From positions 1-49,372 of the IMG/VR virus record IMGVR_UViG_3300020042_005640: a DNA stretch of 49,372 nucleotides. One strand, 5' to 3'. The notes beneath the pieces are model-generated. The model saw nothing but the letters and a program-made list of their open reading frames with translations. It had not been told where the DNA came from and ran no database searches. The translations under genes and the position numbers were made by a program. Shown here in pieces: positions 26,917 through 33,277 of the stretch; position 1 is the stretch's first letter; every line of letters starts with the position of its first letter. Source of the DNA: a virus. Lineage: Duplodnaviria; Caudoviricetes.

Positions 26917-26959
26917 GTATAGGGTGGGGAGTTGAACCCCACCTACGACCATCCTATAC
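26917..26959 (-). ncRNA. tRNA-like minihelix/T-loop element, copy 1 (3' end of the large RNA candidate)
   Basis: GUAUAG-gauGGucGUA-GGUGGGG-UUCAACU-CCCCACC-CUAUAC. Confidence 0.7.
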
Positions 26960-27600
26960 TTTTAAAGGTTATTCACGCGTGATTAGTCATTTATGTAGCA
27001 ACATCCCGTTGCCCATAAGTCTTTTACTCCCTGCTTAATCAACAGACAACGCCCACTTATAGCGTTGAATGGCTTTCGCCCAGGAGGGGTCAATTACAGC
27101 TATTTGATAGCACAGCGAACCCGTACCCGCTTATACACATTTACCACAATCCCTTAAAATGTGTGAAAATTACATGGATTTTCCTTGCATACGTCTACCA
27201 TCACACAGCCCGAACTATGTAGATTATATGCCAACTTGGAAATACATTAGTACAGACCCATCCACATTTGTCACAGCATTGCGCTGTATGTGAACATTGG
27301 GTTAAACGTCCTTTGACCTATCAATTTTTGCCCCTATTCTACTTTTGCCATAATTGCACATTGGTTTAGGAATCAACTTCTCGCCTCTGTGGGATGCGCC
27401 ACCCAATTTACTGCAAAAGCTCCCGAATAGTTACAAACATTACCCCACACAACGCGTTGCGCTGTTGCATGGCTTTTGATAGGCGAAGCATTGCGTAATC
27501 CGCCTAATATACGTTTGGCACTCAATTTCCAGGCTACATTAATGTACATACTACCCCACCCCCACTTAGGATCGCGGATGATGAGAGTTTTTTGCGGTGA
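26917..27600 (-). ncRNA. Large structured non-coding RNA candidate (GOLLD/ROOL size class)
   Basis: ~690 nt with no minus-strand ORF of 60 aa or more; more than 12 stems, nested long-range helices, GNRA/UUCG-type loops, and G-U pairs only on the minus strand. Boundaries are approximate. Confidence 0.7.
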
Positions 27601-27611
27601 AAAAACAAATG

Positions 27612-27637
27612 AAAAAAGGGGCGGTTATAAGCCGCCC
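27612..27637 (-). terminator. Rho-independent terminator after the first early gene
   Basis: GGGCGG-cttataa-CCGCCC-c-TTTTTT on the minus strand. Confidence 0.75.
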
Positions 27638-27663
27638 GACCTTGTCAAGGTGTTAATATTAAC

Positions 27664-28083
27664 TTACTTTTTAGTACGTACTATTGTTTTGTACGTGTTT
27701 TGTTGATAATATCTTTTTATCAATCCCAAAACTAACCAAGTTGAAAAGCCTTTCGCATCCGAATAGATAATTTCCTTATCGTTTCTTAATGGGATTAAAT
27801 TGGATGGGATAATATCCTTAGCATTAAAATTTTTAAATGAACTTAAAAACTTACCTTCGCTTTTCAAAATTGCTGTTATGCAGGATGAAATTGAACGTAA
27901 TTTTAATTTTGCATCCCTATTTTGTAGACTTTTATAGCCTTGCAATTCACGTCCGGTTACATTAGCCGACAAAAAGATTACTTTTTCAGTTTTCTTTGTT
28001 GCTGTTTTACCTTTCGTTTCTTTGCTTTTGCCTTTCGCTGTTGCTGTTGCTTTGCTGTTTTCTGTTGCTGTTAAAGTGCTCAT
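27664..28083 (-). CDS. Lys/Thr/Ala-rich basic early protein
   Basis: Start moved to ATG 28083 (MSTLTATENSKATATAKGKSK) after an AAAATCAAAACA leader; the listed upstream extension is AT-rich leader sequence. Confidence 0.7.
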   Translation of the reverse strand: MSTLTATENSKATATAKGKSKETKGKTATKKTEKVIFLSANVTGRELQGYKSLQNRDAKLKLRSISSCITAILKSEGKFLSSFKNFNAKDIIPSNLIPLRNDKEIIYSDAKGFSTWLVLGLIKRYYQQNTYKTIVRTKK

Positions 28084-28172
28084 TGTTTTGATTTTAAAAA
28101 TTAATGAATAAATGAAAAAAAAATATATGTAATAATATACAATTAATGTAGTGGAAAAAATAAATGCCAATA

Positions 28173-28371
28173 TTTCAAAGAACATTCGCAATATTCAAAA
28201 GACTTGCCTTTCGCTGTTGATGGCATTTCGCCACATATTCAACAGCTATTGAATAATGAAAAATAATGATAGGGTAAATTTCGGGCATAGCAATGCCCAT
28301 ACGTTTTCACGTTTTTTTTATTTTACCTATCTTTTAAAGAACAAAGCAAATAAATGCTTACAACAAAGTTA
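28173..28371 (-). promoter_or_regulatory. Early promoter (TAACTTTG, 28371-28364) and structured leader with two boxA-like motifs
   Basis: TGTTCTTTAAAA (28343-28332) and TGTTCTTTGAAA (28184-28173); hairpins GGGCAT/ATGCCC and GCTGTTGA/TCAACAGC. Confidence 0.55.
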
Positions 28372-28422
28372 ACGATATTATTTGTAATAATATTCATAAA
28401 AGTAAAGTTTTTTTAAACTATC

Positions 28423-28440
28423 TACGAAAACGTTTTCGTA
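28423..28440. promoter_or_regulatory. Perfect 18-bp palindrome TACGAAAACGTTTTCGTA, LacI/PurR-type operator-like
   Basis: Exact palindrome with a central CG, upstream of the early promoter. Confidence 0.55.
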
Positions 28441-28528
28441 AATATTTTTGGCTATGTTGTATTAATTGTGTATTGCAAACGTTACAATTTATTATGTAAT
28501 TAATACACAATAAGCAGGTATTTTTTTC

Positions 28529-28568
28529 TGCTAAAAAAATTAGTAGAGGGTGCTAAAAATTTTAGTAG
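28529..28568. repeat. Tandem imperfect repeat TGCTAAAAA(AA/TT)TTAGTAG x2
   Basis: Copies at 28529-28546 and 28551-28568, 22-bp period; each unit is quasi-palindromic. Confidence 0.7.
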
Positions 28569-28740
28569 GTAGGGGAGCCGTTCTATCGTGTACAAAGTAC
28601 ACAAAATGAATTTTCCAAATAAAATAGTAATTATAACAAAGTATTAACATATTAGTAAATTATTTAATATGATGGGGTACTCGGTTAGAGAGATCCGTTT
28701 GTCCTGGATGATCGGGGCGGAAAAAAAAATAGGGGTCCCC

Positions 28741-28785
28741 TACGACATTACACCCCTTATTCATTATTTCCTTACGACATTACAC
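28741..28785. repeat. 13-bp direct repeat TACGACATTACAC x2
   Basis: Copies at 28741-28753 and 28773-28785, 32-bp period. Confidence 0.8.
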
Positions 28786-28951
28786 ACCTATTTTACAAAA
28801 AACACCCTACCCACTTTACAGATTATATACTCTGTAGGAGGTGTATAATATAATTAAGAAGAAAACCTCATAACTAACTGACAATCAATAGTAGTATTCC
28901 TTAATAGGGGGATTAAATCCTTGGATATGTAAAAAAACACTACATTTGGGT

Positions 28952-29440
28952 ATGACTAAAAAGCACGAAGAGTACCTTAACAGTCCGTACAAGATGAACG
29001 GTATTGTGGAGAGGATGTACACTACTAAGACAGATGAGACATTGACTGTTGACCCTGACACTGGGCAGTACTATACCATGAAGAAGGTTAGCCAGAACAA
29101 GAAGCTACTGCATGATTCATTTGTGTACACCAAACTGTTCCAGGATAGCGTACCTGTTCTTATGGGCTTATCGCACTCTTCTCTTAGGATTATACTATAC
29201 GCTATGAGTGTGGTTAGACCATTAAACGAATCTGTTATGTTGCATGCACCTGACGTATGTGTAGTCTGCGGTATTGCAGAGAAGACGTTCCATAATAACA
29301 TTATTGAACTGTTGGATAAGAGGATACTATCAAGGAAGCTTGGCTCATCTATAGAGTTCTGGTTTGATCCAAATCTATTCTTTAATGGGAATAGGGTAAG
29401 GGTAACAGACGTAAGATTATCAAGCCTAAAAACAACCTAA
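28952..29440 (+). CDS. RepL-like winged-HTH replication/regulatory protein
   Basis: VDPDTG, YTKLF, HTH region and FDPNLFFNGNR motifs; ATG 28952 is 3 nt after TACATTTG. Confidence 0.65.
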   Translation: MTKKHEEYLNSPYKMNGIVERMYTTKTDETLTVDPDTGQYYTMKKVSQNKKLLHDSFVYTKLFQDSVPVLMGLSHSSLRIILYAMSVVRPLNESVMLHAPDVCVVCGIAEKTFHNNIIELLDKRILSRKLGSSIEFWFDPNLFFNGNRVRVTDVRLSSLKTT

Positions 29441-29449
29441 ATTTGGGGG

Positions 29450-30064
29450 ATGAAATATGAGATACCCCCTGAATTCAAACAGTTTGTTGCTAATGTAAGG
29501 AGGAGGTGCAGTGCCAACAGGATAGAGCTTGTCTTATCTCCTTCAAGGAATGTGGTCATAACTGACAGCTTCTCTACAGACTGTTCGGGGTATTTTGATG
29601 ATGTAAATAGAACGCTAGTGGTTGCCTGTGGCAAACCATTTGAAGAATGGATAGAGATACTCGTGCACGAGTACTCGCACATGCAGCAATGGCTCGGTGA
29701 CGAAAGGTGGTCTCACTGGACTGATTGCTGCCTTGATTTATGGTCTTGGTTAGATGGGGAGAAGGTGATGAACACCCAACAGCTCACTAAGGTCATTGAT
29801 GGCATGATTGAGCTTGAGAGGGACTGTGAGGTTAGGGCATTAGAGAATATAAGGTATTGGAAGCTACCTATAAACAAGGCAAGGTATGGCAGGAAGGCTA
29901 ACCTGTACCTGTACAGCTATAGAGCAATGCCTATAATGAAGAAGTTTCCTACGGGGCTGTACGATAACAAGGAGCTTATTAATATGTGCCCTACACGCAT
30001 AAAGAAAAACTATAATAAGATACCCAAAGAGGTGCTAGATCTGATAGTAAAAACTTACACATAA
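29450..30064 (+). CDS. Zincin-like metalloprotease (HExxH)
   Basis: LVHEYSHMQQW plus downstream ELERDC. Confidence 0.7.
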   Translation: MKYEIPPEFKQFVANVRRRCSANRIELVLSPSRNVVITDSFSTDCSGYFDDVNRTLVVACGKPFEEWIEILVHEYSHMQQWLGDERWSHWTDCCLDLWSWLDGEKVMNTQQLTKVIDGMIELERDCEVRALENIRYWKLPINKARYGRKANLYLYSYRAMPIMKKFPTGLYDNKELINMCPTRIKKNYNKIPKEVLDLIVKTYT

Positions 30065-30095
30065 GTTTCTTATTTTTGTTATAAATAACGTAAAA

Positions 30096-30227
30096 ATGAA
30101 AAATTCAATGACAGGGTACGGAGCTAAGGTAGCAAGTAAGGCAGCGCCAAAGAGTGCAAAGAAGGTTACTAAGTCGGCAGCCAAGGATAAGTTCATGAAG
30201 ATGATTAACGCGAAAAAGAAGAAATGA
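30096..30227 (+). CDS. 43-aa Lys/Ala-rich basic protein
   Basis: MKNSMTGYGAKVASKAAPKSAKKVTKSAAKDKFMKMINAKKKK; TATTTTTG element at 30071. Confidence 0.65.
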   Translation: MKNSMTGYGAKVASKAAPKSAKKVTKSAAKDKFMKMINAKKKK

Positions 30228-30397
30228 AAAACGTCAACCACTATCTAAAGGATGGAACTAAATGGAGCGGAACCATGCACAAAGCTGGTGGTAAGCCCAT
30301 GACTGGTAAAACACATACTGCCACAAGTAAGCCACTATTTCACTTAAAGGATTTAGGTGTTCAGGCAAAAAAGAAGTCAATATCTAAAAGTAAATAG
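30224..30397 (+). CDS. 57-aa His-rich basic protein
   Basis: HYLKDG...MHK..G..MTGKTHT..S..LFH motif; ATGA overlap. Confidence 0.65.
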   Translation: MKNVNHYLKDGTKWSGTMHKAGGKPMTGKTHTATSKPLFHLKDLGVQAKKKSISKSK

Positions 30398-30508
30398 TTG
30401 GAAGGAAACGTATCTATATCACCCATCAACAGACAGTTCATTTCATCGCAAGGAATTATCAAGGGAGTGGGTAGTAGATTGTCAAATCGCAAAAAATCAA
30501 ATAAAGAA

Positions 30509-30808
30509 ATGAAACAACAACCAAAAGTCGCTAAAAAGACTGTAAGCTACCAAGGGAAGAAAATGGATGTAAATGTTCCTATGCGACAAGTAAAGCCGCA
30601 ACCAAAGCCTAAGCCTAAAGCGCAAAACTATGGTGCTACAAAAGAGGATAGTGCTTTTTCAAAAAGGTCTGGTATCCCATTGTCAGAAGTAATGGCGCAA
30701 GGTGGAGTTACACCTAGGTCTGTAATGAAGGAGATTGAGAAACAAGGAGCATATACAGTTAGGATGAAACCTACTGGACTCTATAAAAAACCAGCTAAAA
30801 AGAAATAA
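30509..30808 (+). CDS. Lys/Pro-rich basic protein
   Basis: Start moved to ATG 30509 (MKQQPK). Confidence 0.6.
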   Translation: MKQQPKVAKKTVSYQGKKMDVNVPMRQVKPQPKPKPKAQNYGATKEDSAFSKRSGIPLSEVMAQGGVTPRSVMKEIEKQGAYTVRMKPTGLYKKPAKKK

Positions 30809-30809
30809 G

Positions 30810-30956
30810 ATGCCACAAACTAAAAAACCAGTAGCTAAAAAAAGTGCTAGTAAGCCTGGAAATAAAAAACCGTTTCCTGACAGGAATGGAGATGGTAAAA
30901 TAACGAAGATGGATATACTGATTGCAAAGGGTGTAATACCAATGAAAAAGAAATAA
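30810..30956 (+). CDS. 48-aa basic protein with a single EF-hand-like loop
   Basis: FPDRNGDGKITKMDIL motif. Confidence 0.7.
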   Translation: MPQTKKPVAKKSASKPGNKKPFPDRNGDGKITKMDILIAKGVIPMKKK

Positions 30957-30959
30957 ACA

Positions 30960-31082
30960 ATGGCAACGGCAAAAGGTTCATCCGATAAGGTTAAGTTAAG
31001 CTTTGGTAAAAGGAAGAAGGGTGGAGCCCAAAAGTCTTTTAATAAGCATGATAGAAAAGATAGAAAATATAGGATGAGATGA
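30960..31082 (+). CDS. 40-aa basic protein
   Basis: MATAKGSSDKVKLSFGKRKKGGAQKSFNKHDRKDRKYRMR; ATGA overlap with the next gene. Confidence 0.55.
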   Translation: MATAKGSSDKVKLSFGKRKKGGAQKSFNKHDRKDRKYRMR

Positions 31083-31465
31083 GTACTGCTGTAAAAAAAA
31101 ATCCGGGATTATGGAAAAGAATAGTTGCGAATGTAAAAGCTGGCTCCAAAGGTGGAGATGCAAGCGAATGGTCTGCAAGGAAAGCACAATTAGCGGTAGC
31201 CTTGTACAAAAAATCTGGTGGTGGATATCAAGGAAAGAAGTCAAGCTCAAATTCGTTATCGAAGTGGACGAAAGAAAAATGGACGACTTCTTCTGGGAAG
31301 CCCTCGGATGGGATGCGTCGGTATTTGCCGGAGAAGGCGTGGAAGTCGTTGAGCCCAAGCCAAAGAAAGTCAACAAACCAAGCAAAGGCACAGGGAAACC
31401 TGAAAGGCCAACAGTTCGTAAAGCAGCCAAAAAGGATAGCGGAAAAAGTAAAAGAGTTTAGATAA
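31079..31465 (+). CDS. Basic viral protein, DUF5872-like
   Basis: WSARKAQL...YK..GGGY...L.KWTKEKW...RYLPEKAW motif. Confidence 0.7.
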   Translation: MSTAVKKNPGLWKRIVANVKAGSKGGDASEWSARKAQLAVALYKKSGGGYQGKKSSSNSLSKWTKEKWTTSSGKPSDGMRRYLPEKAWKSLSPSQRKSTNQAKAQGNLKGQQFVKQPKRIAEKVKEFR

Positions 31466-31770
31466 TGATAGAATACAGGGGTGAGAAATTCAGTGGGTAT
31501 AATAAGCCAAAGGACGCATCTGATGGAGTACACAAGAAAGTTGTACTAGCCAAAGAAGGTGACAAGGTAAAGCTTATACGCTTTGGTGCAAAAGGATACT
31601 CATCCAACTACTCCCCTGAAGCTAGAGAGCAATATAGGAAGAGGCACGCCAAGGAAGCAAATTCTTCAAAATTATCTGCTGGTTGGTGGGCTTATCACTA
31701 TCTTTGGAGTAAGAGTTCGCAAGTGTACAGAAGCGGAAAGTCTTCTGGCAAGGGTGAGCGATTCAAATAA
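31465..31770 (+). CDS. Basic viral protein, DUF5754-like
   Basis: KLIRFGAKGY...YRKRH...SAGWW...LW motif. Confidence 0.65.
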   Translation: MIEYRGEKFSGYNKPKDASDGVHKKVVLAKEGDKVKLIRFGAKGYSSNYSPEAREQYRKRHAKEANSSKLSAGWWAYHYLWSKSSQVYRSGKSSGKGERFK

Positions 31771-31782
31771 ACCAAACCATAT

Positions 31783-32382
31783 ATGGAGCATCTTTACAAC
31801 ACAATCAAACCTGTTGGCAAAAGAGTAGTTATTGCTGTTCGTTCCGGAGATAAGGATTCCCATAAAGTAATAAGGGATGACGGAACCGAAGTTGAGTTAT
31901 TCGTAAATACTAACTACTCATGGGATGGAAAGATTTCCAACCATACACAGGGCACTCTACTAACAGATTTCAAAAACCTTAAAGCCGGAACAAATGTACT
32001 GTTCAACCACAACTCAATCACAGATGAGTATAAACTGGATATCGAGCCCGATAACCTTACCTCAGTTTACGCCATTGACTCAAATATGTTACACTTTGGT
32101 GTAAAAGATGACCAAGTCATTTGTATAGATGGATTTATGCTAGCTGAACGCATGTACGAAGAAGAAGCTAAGTTTGGCAGTATTATCCTTGCTGATAAAA
32201 AGAAGAAGGAATGCATGCTAAAGATTTTAGCAAAGCCTGAAAGCGTAACAGAGTTTGAGGTTGGAGATATTGCAATAGTCTATAAGTACTCCGACTATGA
32301 AATGAATCACAATATAGGAGGACAAAGAACTACACTCATTAGACTGAAATATACAGACTGTATAGGGAAATGGGAAAACTAG
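31783..32382 (+). CDS. GroES/Cpn10-like co-chaperonin (tandem fold)
   Basis: IKPVGKRVVI, LKAGTNVLF, GSIILAD and FEVGDIA motifs. Confidence 0.55.
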   Translation: MEHLYNTIKPVGKRVVIAVRSGDKDSHKVIRDDGTEVELFVNTNYSWDGKISNHTQGTLLTDFKNLKAGTNVLFNHNSITDEYKLDIEPDNLTSVYAIDSNMLHFGVKDDQVICIDGFMLAERMYEEEAKFGSIILADKKKKECMLKILAKPESVTEFEVGDIAIVYKYSDYEMNHNIGGQRTTLIRLKYTDCIGKWEN

Positions 32383-32666
32383 AAGACAAGATAGCTATAT
32401 ACGAATCCGATGGAATCGTTGGGGCTTACTACGCGCTGAATAGAAAACTAAACGAGATTACATCATTGCTAAATAACAATGACCTTTCTAAGCTTGACCT
32501 ATCTGATAAAGACAATGGATCATGGGAAAGGGTAATGAAGTTGTTTAATAGCGTAGGTGATATAAACGAAGTATTGAAGAAGCTAAGAGTAGACAACCAA
32601 TTATCGGGTGATGAGGAGAAGGATAAGTCTAGAAGGAAACCCATAATAGAAGAACTGTTCAAATGA
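32370..32666 (+). CDS. Hypothetical helical protein (possible terminase small subunit)
   Basis: Size, helical character and position upstream of the large terminase. Confidence 0.4.
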   Translation: MGKLEDKIAIYESDGIVGAYYALNRKLNEITSLLNNNDLSKLDLSDKDNGSWERVMKLFNSVGDINEVLKKLRVDNQLSGDEEKDKSRRKPIIEELFK

Positions 32667-33277
32667 GGAAAAGAATAAAGCTTTCCGATGATAAGGAGGT
32701 TATTTACAAAGCCTACCAAGATGCTTTGTCCGATTTGAGGGTAGAGAAGTTTAGGAGCAGAAAACATATTGAGGACAAGAAAGAGATACGGAATGAGAAG
32801 AATAAGAAGATAAATACTATGTCTTATAAGCACTTCCGAATGACTCAAGTTCTTTGGGGTGTAAACAAGAGGATAGAGAAGCTAAAGAGAAGGCACTCTG
32901 TTCATCAAGCTAAGGGAAGAAGGGATGGGTATAAGAAGGCTGTAGCTAGGATGGATAAGCCTAACTTCAAGACAGACAATCCTGCTAGATTTATAGGGAT
33001 GCTTGGCATCCTAACAGATGCAATGAATCTGACGATTAACGAATGCGCATTCCTTATGTGGGCAAATAGATACGACTACTTTGTAAAGTCAGATTTTGCT
33101 AGAGATATGGAAGGAACAAGTATTCCGTATTATTCTTGCGTAAGCAGACTTAAAGAAAAGGGAATGGTTACTAAAATGGAAGAGGCTAAAGAGTACGGAA
33201 GATTCAAGTTTTGCTTAAACGCAATAGGTAAGATGAATGCATCTAAGATAGATAAGTTTGTAAAGAAGATAAATTGA
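32663..33277 (+). CDS. Basic protein with C-terminal winged-HTH
   Basis: LTINE..FL...VSRLKEKGMV...F.L.AIGK, a MarR-like pattern. Confidence 0.5.
   Translation: MRKRIKLSDDKEVIYKAYQDALSDLRVEKFRSRKHIEDKKEIRNEKNKKINTMSYKHFRMTQVLWGVNKRIEKLKRRHSVHQAKGRRDGYKKAVARMDKPNFKTDNPARFIGMLGILTDAMNLTINECAFLMWANRYDYFVKSDFARDMEGTSIPYYSCVSRLKEKGMVTKMEEAKEYGRFKFCLNAIGKMNASKIDKFVKKIN

Noticed and set aside
25835-26959. Canonical tRNA genes at the two GGTTC(G/A)A motifs
   Set aside because: Only 10 nt separate the outer stem and the T arm. There is no D stem, anticodon arm or CCA, so they are reported as minihelices instead.
27131-27139. Isolated DnaA box TTATACACA
   Set aside because: A single copy inside a predicted RNA stem; plausible by chance.
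27170-27190. AAGGAAAAUCC resembling the RNase P RNA P4 motif GAGGAAAGUCC
   Set aside because: No matching 3' ACAnAAnnnGGCUUA strand or P1-P3 architecture was found by eye.
27553-27563. G-quadruplex (GGGGGTGGGG on the minus strand)
   Set aside because: Only two G runs; better explained by pairing with the upstream C-rich strand.
26960-27600. Group I/II intron or tmRNA as the explanation for the large RNA
   Set aside because: No interrupted host gene, no GUGYG start or domain V, no recognisable P7 core, and no tag reading frame or CCA end.
27476-27706. 76-aa plus-strand ORF overlapping the RNA candidate
   Set aside because: TTG start, antisense to the whole arm, crosses a terminator and overlaps the early gene end.
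28529-28785. CRISPR or mini-array
   Set aside because: Only two copies of each repeat, units of 13-18 bp with very short spacers, and no cas genes.
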